From: an uncultured Chlamydiae bacterium
Lineage (GTDB): Bacteria; Chlamydiota; Chlamydiia; Chlamydiales; Parachlamydiaceae
Direction of reading: 5' to 3'
Length of the DNA stretch: 31,660 nt
Assembly (NCBI GenBank): GCA_963830365.1
Contig: CAWHMU010000014.1
Location: forward strand, 1 to 31,660
Under the pieces are notes generated by a model that saw only the letters and a program-made list of their open reading frames with translations, had not been told where the DNA came from and searched no databases. Position 1 is the first letter of the stretch; the number at the start of each line of letters is the position of its first letter. The translations under genes were made by a program, and so were the position numbers. Of this stretch, positions 1 through 12,182 are shown in pieces.

Positions 1-63
1 CGCTGTTTCTTTGCGAATCGGATGCACAGTTTATTATGCAAGGACAATGCTAAAGCTATCGGG

Positions 64-538
64 CTTGTCGTTACCCACAACTATCAATCGAATGTTTTAA
101 GTGTTTTTTTGGCCATTATCATCTTCGTAGGGAAAATATTCGGTCACCAAAGCAAAAAGAGAAGTTAAACAAGAATATGCGTTTTCCCCTAGCTGCGGGT
201 GTCTTCGCTTGCGCTCGCACGCCTTAGCCACGGGCTATAAAGAGATAAGCTCCGCCAACAAAAAAAACTTTTAAATATATTCACAATGAGGTTTATTAAT
301 CTACCTTCTCTGCCGCTACATAGGCCATGAGTTCTTTTGAGGTCTTGCAGATCGATCTCTTTGTAGCCCGTAGTTAAGGCTCGCGAGCGCAAGCGAAGAC
401 AGCCGCAACTATGGGAAAACGAATAATTGCATTTAACTCCGTAGGAGTTCCTCTCTTTTTGTTTTCTTGACCGAATAAGCGATCATGGTCCAAAAAATGA
501 CTAAAAATATTCGCTTGATGCTTGTGGGTGACGACAAA
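64..538. mobile_element. Long imperfect inverted-repeat (MITE/REPIN-like) element just downstream of ribF
   Basis: Arm ~65-246 is the imperfect reverse complement of ~355-537 (ttgtcgttacccacaa/ttgtgggtgacgacaa; gtcttcgcttgcgctcgc/gcgagcgcaagcgaagac; cgggctataaagagat/atctctttgtagcccg). Flanked by direct repeat aaagctatcggg at 52-63 and 536-547. Confidence 0.75.
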
Positions 539-550
539 GCTATCGGGTTG

Positions 551-1483
551 TCATCTCTTTGTGGTGAGAAGCTGCCTTGCCGTCAGTATGTCGCGCGCGA
601 TCTGCAGCTTGAGGTCGGCGAGGTTGTCGAAGCGTTTCTCCGGCCGGAGATAGCTTTGCAGACGGATATCGACATATTGTCCATAAAGATCGATATTTTG
701 ATCGAAGAGATGCACTTCCAGCACAGGCGAGCGATCGTTCCTGACTGTCGGCGCGACGCCCAGATTGGCGATGCCCGGCAGCATTCTTCCTTGATAGTCG
801 ATGGTAACGGTATAAACGCCAAGTGGGGGCAGGCATAGGTTTTCGACGGCGACATTGGCGGTGGGAAATCCGATGGAGGTGCCGCGCCCGCTGCCGCGCA
901 TGACATTGGCGTAGATGCTGTAGGGACGTCCAAGGAGTTTTTGGACGCCGATCAGATCGCCCTGTCTGATGAGTTCGCGGATGCGGCTGCTGGAAATGCG
1001 AACGCCGTCCTGTAGGTGGTCGGGGAAATATTCCACTGCAATGCCCAGTTTTGCAGCGAGAGCCTCAATGGATGTGCGGTTGCCTTCGCGGTTTTTGCCG
1101 ATATGAGCATCGCTGCCCAGGACGAGCGTTGAAATGGGCAGTACCCGCTGCAGCTCGGTAAGAAAGTGCTCGGCGGATTGGTCAGAAAATTCACGGGTGA
1201 ATTTCAGCAGGAAGAGGCGGTCGATATGGTCAAGTTCTAAAAGGTGCACCTTATGTTCTGTCGTACAGATTAGCTGTACGGGATGGCCGGGCCGCAACAC
1301 CGTCGAAGGATAATTGGAGAAGGTTATGACAGCAGATTGCGTATGGCGCTGCTTGGCAAGATCGGTAACATGTTTCAATATGGCCTGGTGGCCGGCGTGG
1401 ACGCCATCGAAATTGCCAATGGTGATAACGAGCGGAGAGATCTGCTGGCGTAATTCCGGCAGGTTGTAGTCAATTTGCATCAT
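551..1483 (-). CDS. ribF: Bifunctional riboflavin kinase / FAD synthetase
   Basis: [39 protein letters not shown] motifs; follows truB. Confidence 0.96.
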   Translation of the reverse strand: MMQIDYNLPELRQQISPLVITIGNFDGVHAGHQAILKHVTDLAKQRHTQSAVITFSNYPSTVLRPGHPVQLICTTEHKVHLLELDHIDRLFLLKFTREFSDQSAEHFLTELQRVLPISTLVLGSDAHIGKNREGNRTSIEALAAKLGIAVEYFPDHLQDGVRISSSRIRELIRQGDLIGVQKLLGRPYSIYANVMRGSGRGTSIGFPTANVAVENLCLPPLGVYTVTIDYQGRMLPGIANLGVAPTVRNDRSPVLEVHLFDQNIDLYGQYVDIRLQSYLRPEKRFDNLADLKLQIARDILTARQLLTTKR

Positions 1484-2204
1484 ATTTAATCAATCTACTT
1501 TTGAGTGCATCAACATCGCAGTTGGGTAAGTCAAGCAGCGTGCCGTCCATGCAGGCGTCGATGTGAAAGGATCCGCTGCGCACCCTTTGCAAGGCGCTCA
1601 AATGGGCGCCGCAGCCTAAAAGCCGGCCCAGATCGCGGGCGAGGCTACGGATATAGGTGCCTTTGCTGCATTTTACGTGCAGCTGCAGGAGCGGATAGTG
1701 ATAGCTTAGCAGTGTTGTCGTTAAACAGACTTTGACAGGTTCGCGTTCTATACTAATGCCTTTGCGGGCTAATTCATAGAGTTTTTTACCATTAACTTTT
1801 TTGGCGGAGAACATGGGCGGAATTTGTTCGATTTCGCCCTGGAATGATGCTAGTAGCTGAGTGAGCTGGTCTAGCGTGGGGATTGTCTCATTGCGGTACA
1901 CTTCCTGGCCATCGCAATCATGGGAATCTGTCTCAAGGCCAAGGTGCAGGGTGGCGATGTATTCCTTGTCGGCCGTTAGGAACGTGTCAGAAAGACGCGT
2001 GTACTGCTTGCCAACCAGCATGACCATGACGCCGGTAGCGAAGGGGTCTAAGGTGCCGGCATGGCCGATCTTTTGTACTTTAAAAAGCCGCCTTAAAGCA
2101 CCGACGATGCTGAATGAAGTTTTATTCCTGGCCTTATCGACCAGAAGAATGCCTGCAGGGGTGGTTTCAATGGGATTGTGCTGTAGGTCCTCAGTTTTGG
2201 TCAT
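1470..2204 (-). CDS. truB: tRNA pseudouridine(55) synthase
   Basis: [39 protein letters not shown] motifs; short form without a C-terminal PUA domain. Confidence 0.97.
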   Translation of the reverse strand: MTKTEDLQHNPIETTPAGILLVDKARNKTSFSIVGALRRLFKVQKIGHAGTLDPFATGVMVMLVGKQYTRLSDTFLTADKEYIATLHLGLETDSHDCDGQEVYRNETIPTLDQLTQLLASFQGEIEQIPPMFSAKKVNGKKLYELARKGISIEREPVKVCLTTTLLSYHYPLLQLHVKCSKGTYIRSLARDLGRLLGCGAHLSALQRVRSGSFHIDACMDGTLLDLPNCDVDALKSRLIKYDAN

Positions 2205-2604
2205 CTATCTGGTCATCTATCTGGTCATCATTGCTGGTGGACGGGCTGCGGGTGCTCTTTTCGGTGGCGATTTTGCCCAGCAGCTCTTCGATGCGCATGT
2301 GCTTATCGACGCTGTCGTCCAGCTTGAAATTCAGCGCCGGAAAATAGCGCATGGTTACTCTCTTAGAAGCATTGACGGCAATAAAGCCTGCTGCACTTTG
2401 CAGTGCGGCAAGCGTTTGCTGTTTTTGCTCGGCTGTGCCGATGACACTGATATAGACTTTGGCATAATGCAAGTCTTTAGTGATATCAACGCGTGTCACG
2501 GTAAGCAATTCATTGACATGCGGGTTGCGCACATCGGTTCGGATGGTCTCGGAGATCACCTCTTTGAGCAGCGAATTGAGCCTGTCTGTACGTTTTATTG
2601 GCAT
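2191..2604 (-). CDS. rbfA: 30S ribosome-binding factor A
   Basis: [43 protein letters not shown]. Start moved to ATG 2604 because the longer ORF overlaps infB. Confidence 0.95.
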   Translation of the reverse strand: MPIKRTDRLNSLLKEVISETIRTDVRNPHVNELLTVTRVDITKDLHYAKVYISVIGTAEQKQQTLAALQSAAGFIAVNASKRVTMRYFPALNFKLDDSVDKHMRIEELLGKIATEKSTRSPSTSNDDQIDDQIDDQN

Positions 2605-2623
2605 ATATGTTACTGCTTCCCCG

Positions 2624-5461
2624 TTATAGTTCTTGCGTGATGTAGGTGATTTCGTAAGATTCCATGATATCGCCTTCTTGAACATCGGTGTAATTGGCCA
2701 ATACAATGCCGCATTCAAGGCCTTTGGTCACTTCTCTTACATCTTCTTTGACGCGTTTAAGGGAAGAAATACCGCCCTTCCAAACGATGTCTTTGCCACG
2801 GCGCAGGCGAACCAGATGATTGCGTCTGATGGAACCTTCAATAACTTGGCAGCCGGCAATGATGCCATAATGCGACGACTTGAAGATCGCTTTGACTTCG
2901 GCTTTGCCCTGGTCGGTCTCGATAGCTATTTTATCCAGCAGTCCGCCCAGCAGGGTTTTGACATCATCGATGGCGTGATAGATGATGTTATGCAGCCGCA
3001 CCTGGATGCCCAGCTGTTTAACTTGTGATTCGGCATGGTTTTCAATCTGTGTATGGAAGCCGATGATAACGGCTTTCGAAGCCGCTGCCAGTTGGACATC
3101 TGATTCAGACACTTCACCGACACCGGCAAAGATGATATTCAGTTCGGCTTTCTTTGATTCGATTTTCATCAAAGCCACTTTCAGCGCTTCCAAAGAACCT
3201 TGCACGTCAGCCCTTAGGATGACGTTAAGGATCTTCTTGTTGGTCTCTGCCGCCTGCTGGAAGAGATTATCCATGGATAATTTCTTGGTCTGCAGGAGAT
3301 TGAGATTGACCTGACGCATACCTAGCATACGCACTTCGGCGATATCGCGGGCTTCTTTTTCGTTTTTGACGACGATGAATTCTTGTCCAGCTTCAGGAAG
3401 GCCTGACAGACCGGTGATTTCAACCGGTGTGGAAGGGCCTGCTGACTGCAATTCGCGGCCAAATTCGTCGCGCATGGTCTTGATGCGGCCCCATAGCTGA
3501 CTGAATACGACGGCATCGCCGACATGCAGCGTACCGTTTTGCACCAGCACGGTAGCGATGGAACCCATGCCTTTATGCATTTCTGATTCTAAGACGGTAC
3601 CGCGGGCACGGGCGGTAGGATCGCCTCTCAGTTCCAGCACTTCAGCCTGTAAAGCTAGCATCTCCAGCAGTTGAGGGATGCCTTCACCGGTGATGGCGGA
3701 ACAGTTGACGGTAATGGTTTGTCCGCCCCAGGCTTCAGGCAGCAGCTCTTGCTCAGATAGCTGGCGGTAGACATTTTCCGCATTGAAATTTGGCTTGTCG
3801 CATTTATTCAGCGCCACTACAATCGTTACCTTGGCAGCTTTGGCATGTTGCAGCGCTTCGACAGTCTGCTGGCGCATGCCTTCATCGCCGGCAATGACCA
3901 GCACGACGATATCAGTGACGTCAGCGCCTCTGGCACGCATGGCGGAAAACGCTTCGTGGCCAGGGGTATCGAGGATGGCGATATCGCCCACGGCTGTGGA
4001 GCAGCGGAAAGCACCGATATGCTGCGTGATGGCGCCCGCTTCGCCGGCGGCGCGGTTGCTATTGCGGATGGCATCGATCAGGCTTGTTTTGCCATGGTCG
4101 ACGTGCCCCATAAAGGCCACCACCGGTGGTCTGATGGTGAGGTTCGACTGATCGGCAGCTTGGATCTCTTCTTTTATGCTCTTATCAGTAATTCTAATGC
4201 GCTTTTCTTCGCTGGTATCAATTTGGATGTCGCAGCCAAATTCGTTGCCAAGCAATTGGATGGTCGTTTCGTCTTCCAGCAAGTCGTTTAGGGTGCTAAT
4301 CAAACCTTGGGCAAATAGCTTGGCGATGAGTTGCGATGCCTTTAGCTTCATTTCAGCGGCTAAGTCTTTAATAGAGATTGGGATTCTCACCTTGAGGCTG
4401 GTTGGGCGGATAGGGGATTCTTCCAGCATTTGGCGCTGTTTGGCGGCACGCCTTTTACGCCAGTGTTGATCATCTTCGCTGTCGCGCAGGCCTTGCTTAT
4501 CGCGCGCATCAAAGCGCGACTGCTCCTGCCGTTTGACCGGCTTGATGTCGCGGAATTCTTTGAATTTAGGTCCTTTAAGGCCTTTCTTTTCGAGCTCTTC
4601 GGCGGTTGCAGCAGGGGTGGCAGCGCCTTCAGGTCCTTTACTTTTGGCTTTATCCTTGCGCTCTTGCTCGGAGCTTTCGGCAGTTTTCCCTTTCGCAGCT
4701 CCACCAGCTTCAGCAGATATAGGTTTTGGCGGTTGGCGTTGAGGGAGTATTTCGTTGATATGACGGCCAGTAGGTCCAAGTTTCTGCTTCGGAATGGCAC
4801 CTTCTTTTGAAAAAGGATTGACGGATTTGGCAGCAGAGAGATCTTTTATAGAGGGCAGCAGATTTGGCAGGGGTGCCGAATGCGTTGTTCTTTTAACTCT
4901 GACTTCGGTCTTTTTCGGTTCTTCCTTGGGGGCTTCTACCACGCCGGGAGCGGTTTCTTCAGGTACATCAAGCAGGATGTTTTTAGCGGGGCCAGCGGCG
5001 TGCTCGCGTTGCTGCGCTTCGAGCTCTTCACCGAAAATCTCTTTGCGCAGTTCCTCGCTGGTTTTGCGTCTGCCGAGGTGCGGACGCGTATCTTCTTTCT
5101 TTTCTTCAACAATGTCTTCTTGGCCGTTGGTAGGGATTTCGCCTTCGTCTTCGCCGGCGGCAGGTTCTTCGGTGACTGGCTGTGGGATCGGCTCTTCACC
5201 CGGTAGTGGCTTAGCGAAGGCCGATCGCGTGCGAGCCCGTATGCGGGGGGCTTCTTCGGCAATCTCTTTACCTTCGGTTTCGACGGTCTCTGGTTTACTT
5301 CCCTTGGCAGCTACGGCTTTTGCCACAGTCTCTTTCTCGGCAGCGGTGGACGCGTCGGCCTGGGCAGCTTTTTTGCTGGCGAGCTTGCTTTTCAACCCGC
5401 TAAGATTCACGGCCTCGGCGATCTGGGCATTTTTAATGGTTAGTTTAAGGTTTTTGGCCAA
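2624..5461 (-). CDS. infB: Translation initiation factor IF-2
   Basis: [46 protein letters not shown]. Probable TTG start at 5461 (MAKNLKL...), just after the nusA stop. Confidence 0.97.
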   Translation of the reverse strand: MAKNLKLTIKNAQIAEAVNLSGLKSKLASKKAAQADASTAAEKETVAKAVAAKGSKPETVETEGKEIAEEAPRIRARTRSAFAKPLPGEEPIPQPVTEEPAAGEDEGEIPTNGQEDIVEEKKEDTRPHLGRRKTSEELRKEIFGEELEAQQREHAAGPAKNILLDVPEETAPGVVEAPKEEPKKTEVRVKRTTHSAPLPNLLPSIKDLSAAKSVNPFSKEGAIPKQKLGPTGRHINEILPQRQPPKPISAEAGGAAKGKTAESSEQERKDKAKSKGPEGAATPAATAEELEKKGLKGPKFKEFRDIKPVKRQEQSRFDARDKQGLRDSEDDQHWRKRRAAKQRQMLEESPIRPTSLKVRIPISIKDLAAEMKLKASQLIAKLFAQGLISTLNDLLEDETTIQLLGNEFGCDIQIDTSEEKRIRITDKSIKEEIQAADQSNLTIRPPVVAFMGHVDHGKTSLIDAIRNSNRAAGEAGAITQHIGAFRCSTAVGDIAILDTPGHEAFSAMRARGADVTDIVVLVIAGDEGMRQQTVEALQHAKAAKVTIVVALNKCDKPNFNAENVYRQLSEQELLPEAWGGQTITVNCSAITGEGIPQLLEMLALQAEVLELRGDPTARARGTVLESEMHKGMGSIATVLVQNGTLHVGDAVVFSQLWGRIKTMRDEFGRELQSAGPSTPVEITGLSGLPEAGQEFIVVKNEKEARDIAEVRMLGMRQVNLNLLQTKKLSMDNLFQQAAETNKKILNVILRADVQGSLEALKVALMKIESKKAELNIIFAGVGEVSESDVQLAAASKAVIIGFHTQIENHAESQVKQLGIQVRLHNIIYHAIDDVKTLLGGLLDKIAIETDQGKAEVKAIFKSSHYGIIAGCQVIEGSIRRNHLVRLRRGKDIVWKGGISSLKRVKEDVREVTKGLECGIVLANYTDVQEGDIMESYEITYITQEL

Positions 5462-5465
5462 GGGT

Positions 5466-6740
5466 TTACGTCCTCTGTTTTCTGATTTGTTCAAGTATCT
5501 TGTCGGCCATTTCTACGCTAATGCCGGGTATCTTGGCAAGTTGCTCTGGAGAGGCTATCAACAAAGCACGTGGGGTGCTAAAGCCTTCGGCGACAAGATG
5601 TTCGAAGATGAGGTTGTTAACCCCTTCGATGCCTGTTAATGGTTCATCAAGCTCTGGATCTTCTGATTCCGCCAGTTCTGTGCGCTGTAGAGCCGTGGTC
5701 ACGTTGTAATCGCTCATGCGCTGCACTTCCAGTTCATATCCGATCAACTGGCTATTTAGGCGGGCATTCATGCCTTTTTTGCCAATGACGGCAGCAAAAT
5801 CGTCATCTTCCACTACAATGGAGATGGTATTTTCATCTTCGTTAAGGCTGACCTTTCTGATCTCAATCGGCGAAAGGGCTTTTTGGAGCAGATCGATAGC
5901 ATCCGCTGAAAAGGGGATAATATCAATTTTTTCATTGTTAAGTTCGCGCACCACGTTTTTAACGCGGATGCCGCGCATGCCAACACAGGCTCCCACCGGA
6001 TCAACTTTAGGGTCTGTCGAGCGGACGGTAAGCTTGGTACGATAGCCTGCATCACGGACGATTTTATCGATGATGACAGTGCCGTCGCTGATTTCAGGGA
6101 CTTCTTGGATCATCAGTTGCTTTACAAATTCCGGATCGCTGCGGGAAAGTATCACTTCTGCGCCGCCATTCTCTGTATCGTTAACACCGATGAGAACAGC
6201 CAGGACCTTATCGCCGATATTATATTTTTCTGTTTTTGGATATTGTCTGGTAGGCATAATCGCTTCTACTTTACCCAAATCAACAACCACGTTTGAACCA
6301 CGCACAAAGCGCTTGACGGTGCCTGAAATTAACTCGTTAATGCGGTGGCGGTATTCTTCGTAAATCACATCGCGCTCAGCGCCACGCAGTTTCTGCGTAA
6401 TGATTTGACGGGCCTTTTGGGCGGCGATACGTCCGAAATCTTTGGGAGTGACAATGATGTCGACGAACTGACCGATTTGACAGTCAGGATCGATCTCGCG
6501 GGCTTCGATCAGCGAGATCTCTTGGCCGTGAACCTCGACTTCATCGACGATTTCTTTTTCACAAAATACGTTAATGTCGCCACTTTTGGGGTGGATTTTT
6601 ACCGTGACGTTTGAGGCGCCGGAGATGCTTTTGCGAGCCGCCGCACGCAATGATTCTTCGATGGCATCAATGACTATGGTGCGTTTGATACCTTTTTCGC
6701 GTTCCAGATATTCAAAGATGGCGATGAGATCTTTGTTCAT
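5466..6740 (-). CDS. nusA: Transcription termination/antitermination factor NusA
   Basis: [47 protein letters not shown] motifs. Confidence 0.97.
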   Translation of the reverse strand: MNKDLIAIFEYLEREKGIKRTIVIDAIEESLRAAARKSISGASNVTVKIHPKSGDINVFCEKEIVDEVEVHGQEISLIEAREIDPDCQIGQFVDIIVTPKDFGRIAAQKARQIITQKLRGAERDVIYEEYRHRINELISGTVKRFVRGSNVVVDLGKVEAIMPTRQYPKTEKYNIGDKVLAVLIGVNDTENGGAEVILSRSDPEFVKQLMIQEVPEISDGTVIIDKIVRDAGYRTKLTVRSTDPKVDPVGACVGMRGIRVKNVVRELNNEKIDIIPFSADAIDLLQKALSPIEIRKVSLNEDENTISIVVEDDDFAAVIGKKGMNARLNSQLIGYELEVQRMSDYNVTTALQRTELAESEDPELDEPLTGIEGVNNLIFEHLVAEGFSTPRALLIASPEQLAKIPGISVEMADKILEQIRKQRT

Positions 6741-6815
6741 TTGTTCTAGCCTCTAAACTTATGGATGGGAAATCGATTGTTGTCTTGCGCTCGTCGTCAC
6801 AATTTCATTAAACTA

Positions 6816-6844
6816 AGGGACTGATGCCTTAGGCATCAGTCCCT
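6816..6844 (-). terminator. Hairpin between rpsA and nusA (terminator/attenuator-like)
   Basis: Perfect inverted repeat agggactgatgcct-t-aggcatcagtccct, followed on the minus strand by a weak U-tract (tagtttaat). Confidence 0.6.
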
Positions 6845-6877
6845 GTGTATATGTACCTTAAAGCGCGAAGGATCAGC

Positions 6878-8680
6878 TTACGCGTGCTCCGCTTCTTCTT
6901 CTTCCGTTACATGACCATGGTGTGCGCTTTGTTGATGTTGTTCATCATGCCCACTTTCCTGCTCTTTAGCGGAATCTTTTTTCTTTCGTTTTGTCGTTGT
7001 AACTACGATGTCGTCGCGGTTGCACTGATTTTTATCGATAAGATATTCCTTGATCGATAAGGCGATTTTCTTGTGCTCAGGGTCAAGTTTGATAACTTTA
7101 GCTGTCACTTCGTCGCCTTTCGAAACAATATCTTCAACTTTGCCGAAAGCTTGATCTGACAATTCTGTCACGTGGATCAGGCCTTCAATGCCGCTGTCGA
7201 GTTCTACAAAAGCGCCAAAAGCGGTAATTTTACTTACTTTGCCTTTGACCAGCGTGCCGACGGGCATCGTTTTTTCGATGGATTCCCATGGATTGCAGCT
7301 CAGTTGTTTGACGCCAAGCGTGATTTTTTTGCTTTCCTTATCGACAGACAGGATGACGGCATCGACGATATCGCCTTTCTTCAGTACTTCAGAAGGGTGG
7401 GATACTTTTTTGATCCAGCTCAGATCTGAAATGTGAATGAGGCCTTCAACGCCGGGTTCGAGTTCAACGAAGGCTCCGTAGTTAGTCAAGCTGCGAATTT
7501 CAGCTTTGACGTTGCTGTTGATAGGATATTTCTTTTCAACATCATCCCAAGGGTTGTGTTCCGCCTGCTTGAGTCCGAGAGAGATTTTGCCTTCTTCTTT
7601 TTGGACTGACAGCACGATAGCTTCGACTTCATCGCCCTTTTTGACGATATCGCTTGGATCGGTGATGTTTTTCACCCATGACATTTCAGAGACGTGGATC
7701 AAGCCTTCGATGCCTGGCTCGATTTCGATGAATGCGCCATAAGGCAGCAGGTTGACGATTTTGCCTCTTACACGTGTTCCTTGTGGATATTTCTTCTCGA
7801 TCTGATCCCAAGGATTGGACTCTTTCTGCTTGAGGCCCAGTGCTACGCGCCCTTTTTCCTTGTCTACATTCAAGATTATGACGTTGAGTTTTTGGCCCAA
7901 ATGCACCATTTCGGAAGGATGCTTAATACGCTTCCATGTCATATCTGTAATGTGCAAGAGGCCGTCAATACCGTCGAGGTCTAGGAAGACGCCGAAATCG
8001 GTGATGTTCTTCACAACGCCTTCACGCACATCGCCTTCTTTGATGTTCTCCAAGAGCTCGGCTTTCTTCGAGATCTTCTCGGCTTCCAGAAGTTCGCGGC
8101 GGGAGACCACCACGTTTTTGCGTTCGATATTGATTTTAAGGATTTTGAATTCATATGTTTTGTCGATGTAATCATCGAGATTCTTAATGCGCTTGTTGTC
8201 GATCTGTGAACCTGGTAGGAATGCTTCCATACCGATATCAACCATCAAGCCGCCTTTGACTTTACGCAGGACTTTACCTTTAACAATCGAACCTTCTTCG
8301 CAGTGCTCGATGATATATTCCCACTGACGGAGGCGTTCAGCTTTTTCACGGGAAAGAACGATTTGTCCATTTTCATCTTCAGCCTGATCCAGAAATACTT
8401 CTACATCGCAATCGAGAGTAAGCTCGGAGGGATCGGAAAATTCATGGATAGGTACGAGGCCCTCTGATTTTAAGCCAACATCAATCACGACGTGATCTTT
8501 GGTGAACTCGACAATGCGGCCTTTTAAGATTGTACCGGGTGTGAAGTTAGTGCTTTGTTGAGGGACTTTGCTTTCTTTATCTTCTAAGAGGTTTTTAAAG
8601 ATTTCTGCATCTTTTTCCTGAAAAGCGACATCATCGACAATGTTATTGCCATTCCAGGTGTATTGTTGTTGATTTGACAT
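6878..8680 (-). CDS. rpsA: 30S ribosomal protein S1
   Basis: Tandem S1 domains ([54 protein letters not shown]); AGGAG RBS upstream. Confidence 0.98.
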   Translation of the reverse strand: MSNQQQYTWNGNNIVDDVAFQEKDAEIFKNLLEDKESKVPQQSTNFTPGTILKGRIVEFTKDHVVIDVGLKSEGLVPIHEFSDPSELTLDCDVEVFLDQAEDENGQIVLSREKAERLRQWEYIIEHCEEGSIVKGKVLRKVKGGLMVDIGMEAFLPGSQIDNKRIKNLDDYIDKTYEFKILKINIERKNVVVSRRELLEAEKISKKAELLENIKEGDVREGVVKNITDFGVFLDLDGIDGLLHITDMTWKRIKHPSEMVHLGQKLNVIILNVDKEKGRVALGLKQKESNPWDQIEKKYPQGTRVRGKIVNLLPYGAFIEIEPGIEGLIHVSEMSWVKNITDPSDIVKKGDEVEAIVLSVQKEEGKISLGLKQAEHNPWDDVEKKYPINSNVKAEIRSLTNYGAFVELEPGVEGLIHISDLSWIKKVSHPSEVLKKGDIVDAVILSVDKESKKITLGVKQLSCNPWESIEKTMPVGTLVKGKVSKITAFGAFVELDSGIEGLIHVTELSDQAFGKVEDIVSKGDEVTAKVIKLDPEHKKIALSIKEYLIDKNQCNRDDIVVTTTKRKKKDSAKEQESGHDEQHQQSAHHGHVTEEEEAEHA

Positions 8681-8892
8681 TTAAAGGTTTCTCCTAATTT
8701 GCAACTAATGCAGCCATACTATCAGACTGTCAAGAAAAAAAGCAACATCAAACACGTGGTAGTGAAGAAGGATCATGGATGCAGGGTAAAATCTGCCATA
8801 TTTAGACTGATTAGACTTTGCCTATTTGGCCAATAGCCAAATGCCAAATGTTCAGTAGATCCCGGTACAAATACTGAGTATAAATATAGGGA

Positions 8893-8921
8893 TTGACTCA
8901 TGATGTTTTTTTGCGTATGTT
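8893..8921 (+). promoter_or_regulatory. Putative sigma70-type promoter for lysC
   Basis: TTGACT-17 nt-TATGTT, ~125 nt upstream of the ATG. Confidence 0.5.
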
Positions 8922-9047
8922 CAGTGCCATTATAAGGTGTTACTTTTACTCCGCGCGGGGTACAGATAATGTTTCCTTAAACAGATACTTCACTAAGGAC
9001 CTGTTTGCCTTTTTTTCACCATTAGTTTCAAAATAGTTTTAAGTGCA

Positions 9048-9848
9048 ATGAATACACTAGTCATGAAGTTCGGCGGCGCGGCGGTGGCTAGCCCTGAAAA
9101 ATTTGCCCAAATTGTCGAGATCATTCTTCAGCGGCGCAAATCCTATAAACGCATTGCAGTCGTCGTCAGCGCGATGGGTGATACCACAGATCAGCTCATC
9201 GCGCTTGCCAGGCAAGTAAATCCGGATCCGCCAAGACGCGAATATGATATGCTGGTTAGCGTGGGTGAGCGAATTAGCATCTCCCTTTTAGCTATGGCCC
9301 TTGCCGGCAAGCAACTGCCGGCGGTGAGCTTTACCGGCAGCCAATCAGGCATCATCACCTGTAACAAACATTCTGATGCCCGCATAGTAGATGTGAAGCC
9401 GCATCGTCTGCTGCCTATGCTCGAAGCGGGCTCAGTTGTTATTGTAGCAGGCTTTCAAGGGGTCAGCCGGCAAGGAGAGATTACAACTTTGGGCAGGGGC
9501 GGCTCCGACACTTCGGCTGTGGCGCTGGCTATCTCTATAGGCGCCTGTAAGGTGGAATTTTTTAAAGATGTCCCCGGGATTTTCGCGTCAGATCCCAAGA
9601 TGGATCCTCTGGCCCGGCTTCTGCCCATGCTTTCCTATACTGATGCTTTGCAGATTGTCAGCCAGGGAGCGCAAGTGTTACAAGCGCGCAGTGTCGCGCT
9701 GGCAGAAAAAAATGACATGCCCTTGCATGTACTTTCGTTTGAGAATTTTGATGGGGAGATGCATTCAGGCACAATCATTAGCTCATTGGAGACTAAGGCG
9801 ATTCGGCGCGCATCACCGATTTATGAAGAGGAAGGGTATAAAGAATGA
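9048..9848 (+). CDS. lysC: Aspartate kinase, catalytic domain only (no ACT domains)
   Basis: VMKFGG, VVVSAMGDTTD, GERIS, VAGFQG, ITTLGRGGSDTSAVALA, DVPGIFASDP; ends at 266 aa. Confidence 0.9.
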   Translation: MNTLVMKFGGAAVASPEKFAQIVEIILQRRKSYKRIAVVVSAMGDTTDQLIALARQVNPDPPRREYDMLVSVGERISISLLAMALAGKQLPAVSFTGSQSGIITCNKHSDARIVDVKPHRLLPMLEAGSVVIVAGFQGVSRQGEITTLGRGGSDTSAVALAISIGACKVEFFKDVPGIFASDPKMDPLARLLPMLSYTDALQIVSQGAQVLQARSVALAEKNDMPLHVLSFENFDGEMHSGTIISSLETKAIRRASPIYEEEGYKE

Positions 9849-11839
9849 TAATGATGATTGAAAAGGCTGCTAAAATACAGCGTAGTGAGTTTTTGCCTAA
9901 AATCGTGCCTTTGCTTGATATGAAGACAAATGCTCCCAATCACAAGCTCTATGAAGAGCTGATATGTAATGCCCTGCGCAATATGCTGGCCAAACATATG
10001 ACTTTTACACGTGGCAACGAACTCGATGTTGTGGCCGACCAGCGGGATCAGTTTCATTCCCTGCTCCCTATCATCTCAACGACCCAATGTACTGATCTGC
10101 CCGGGAATATGTCATTCTACTCGCTATCAAAATATCGCGCCAATTCCTTTAAATTCTTCATCAATATGGTGAGCAGCTGGCTTCTGCCTGGAAAACGACT
10201 GGATGTCGTTTTGATCAATGCCGTGGATTTTCGCATGCCGGAAATCAGCGATGAAGTCTACACCCTCTGTGATGTAACGATCAATGTGGAAAGCCGGCAG
10301 GAGTTTGAACAGATATTGAATAACTTCCCGATCCTAGAATCAGAATTGCGGCTAGGTATCGATTCTATACACTATTCTCAGCGCATTCTTGAAACCAAAG
10401 GGCTGACCATGGATGTTAAGACAGCGGTGATTCAGGAATATATCGCTTTCCTGATCAAGCATATGCCTGGCGAATTCGACCATAATGTATTGACGGAAAT
10501 GCAGCACGTGTTGGTCATGTGCCCTGAGGAGTTCAAGGCGGCTAGAGAATGCCGCCATCTAAGCCGCATCATCGGCATGCATTATCTTTTCCGCAAAAAC
10601 CTGCGCGAAGCTGTAAAGGGCGCGCCGCAAAAAAGGCATCTTGGTTTAAAGCTGTTCCAGGCGCGTGTGAACGGTAAGAATGGAACAAAAAAAGTCCTGG
10701 CTGTGCTTGTTGGCATCAATTTCTTCCGCGATAAAGAAGTGTTCGAAAAGACCCACCTTCTGAAGGCCATCCAAAACTATATTCCGATGGCGCAAGCTGT
10801 TGAGGGCTCGTTTTTCGACAATCGGCGCGGTTCAGAGCATATTTGCACATTGTATTTGGAGCTTGAAAAGATTAATGGCGATGAATTTACAGGCGATGAG
10901 ATCCGCATGCTCAGGCAAGAGCTGCCCAGCGATTTGAAAGACCGCATCGAGCACCTCATGCATCCGATTTTCATGACGCGCAATGAAGAAGAGATCATCC
11001 GTAATATTTTGAGTTTAAGCAGCCAGATTAAATTTTTACGCGACATCCCGCAAGTCTTCATCTCATTTGATGAACAGACTCACACCAATCTATTTTTCAC
11101 AGTCATTCTTGTGAGGGTGTTAAGGCCGGAATTTCTGCCCATCCAGGAGCTGTTTAAACAGTCCGACACATTTTTGGAGTATATTCACGACCGCACAAAG
11201 CATGCCGGCATATTGCGGCGCAAATACAAAAAGGAAGCCACAGTCTTCCGTGTGAAGCTTGCCAAAGAGCCGTTTTTGCGCGCCAATCATTCGATAGACC
11301 TCAATAGGGCCCGCCAGACGGTGGTGGCAGAGCTGTGCCGTATCGTGGGCGAAGTGCGCGATTTCAATGGGGGTATGATTACCAAGCAGCACGAAGTGCT
11401 TTGCCAATTGAGAAGCCTGCTCAAGAAAAGTGTCAAAAACAACGATTTGCTTTTAGAAAACTTCTTCTATTCCCTGACGCCAGTGATCATGCGCAACGTG
11501 CTGGAGCCGGAAGTTTTGCGTACGCTGTTTATGATGATCTTGGAGTCTATCGGCAAGGGCTTCTCCAATGGCGAAAGTTACGCTTTGAAGATCTATGCTG
11601 AAGGGATCTTGACTTTTGTCATGATTAAAACTGAAGGCTCAGCCTTGAAGGAGGAGCTAAGCCGCGCTTTAGGCAAGCTGCAATTGCATTCCTCCCAATT
11701 GGCTAACTCCTACGTATCCGTCTATGATGTTGCTTATATCGGCTATATCTTCCGTAGTGATGATCCTGAAAAGCAACAACTATTCTGCCAGGCCATTCAA
11801 GCGGCCTTGAGCGCTTGGGACCAAAAAAAACGCTCCTAG
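9845..11839 (+). CDS. Hypothetical protein (664 aa), translationally coupled to lysC
   Basis: Long ORF with ATGA overlap on the lysC stop; no motif recognised with confidence. Confidence 0.8.
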   Translation: MIMMIEKAAKIQRSEFLPKIVPLLDMKTNAPNHKLYEELICNALRNMLAKHMTFTRGNELDVVADQRDQFHSLLPIISTTQCTDLPGNMSFYSLSKYRANSFKFFINMVSSWLLPGKRLDVVLINAVDFRMPEISDEVYTLCDVTINVESRQEFEQILNNFPILESELRLGIDSIHYSQRILETKGLTMDVKTAVIQEYIAFLIKHMPGEFDHNVLTEMQHVLVMCPEEFKAARECRHLSRIIGMHYLFRKNLREAVKGAPQKRHLGLKLFQARVNGKNGTKKVLAVLVGINFFRDKEVFEKTHLLKAIQNYIPMAQAVEGSFFDNRRGSEHICTLYLELEKINGDEFTGDEIRMLRQELPSDLKDRIEHLMHPIFMTRNEEEIIRNILSLSSQIKFLRDIPQVFISFDEQTHTNLFFTVILVRVLRPEFLPIQELFKQSDTFLEYIHDRTKHAGILRRKYKKEATVFRVKLAKEPFLRANHSIDLNRARQTVVAELCRIVGEVRDFNGGMITKQHEVLCQLRSLLKKSVKNNDLLLENFFYSLTPVIMRNVLEPEVLRTLFMMILESIGKGFSNGESYALKIYAEGILTFVMIKTEGSALKEELSRALGKLQLHSSQLANSYVSVYDVAYIGYIFRSDDPEKQQLFCQAIQAALSAWDQKKRS

Positions 11840-11897
11840 AATCTATTAAGGCGCCGTCGTGTCAATGTCATTAGGTAAAAGGCTGTGAATTCGTTTC

Positions 11898-12182
11898 AAC
11901 GCAGAGACGCGGGCGACGCAGAGAAGCAAGCCGCACATAATAGCAGGATGGCAGGATAGTCAGGATAAACACAGCAGAAGGGTGTTAATGTCCGTTCTTG
12001 GTTATCTGTGAGTTTGATTCAACGCAAAGTGGCTAGCCGCTGGATCGGTGCTTGCCATATAGCCATTGAGCTGTCGCTGTAATTGGATTCTGATTCCTTC
12101 TCAGTTGCCGCCAGTGTCGATCCTGCCATCCTGTTAGATGTGCCGGTGGTTTTCTTTGCGCTTTATGCCGCTTCTTTGCGTT
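11898..12182. repeat. Imperfect inverted-repeat element between convergent genes
   Basis: aacgcagagacgc...gcacataatagcaggatggcaggat pairs with atcctgccatcctgttagatgtgc...ttctttgcgtt. Confidence 0.65.

Noticed and set aside
189..392. 67-aa ORF
   Set aside because: Inside the fold-back element, with no recognisable protein features.
6740..6878. Absence of rimP before nusA
   Set aside because: rpsA-nusA adjacency is the usual chlamydial arrangement.
485..8241. Antisense and alternate-frame ORFs over ribF-rpsA (e.g. 1861-2640, 4794-5639)
   Set aside because: Shadow ORFs of conserved genes.
8925..9047. Canonical lysine riboswitch
   Set aside because: Too short, and lacks recognisable L-box motifs.
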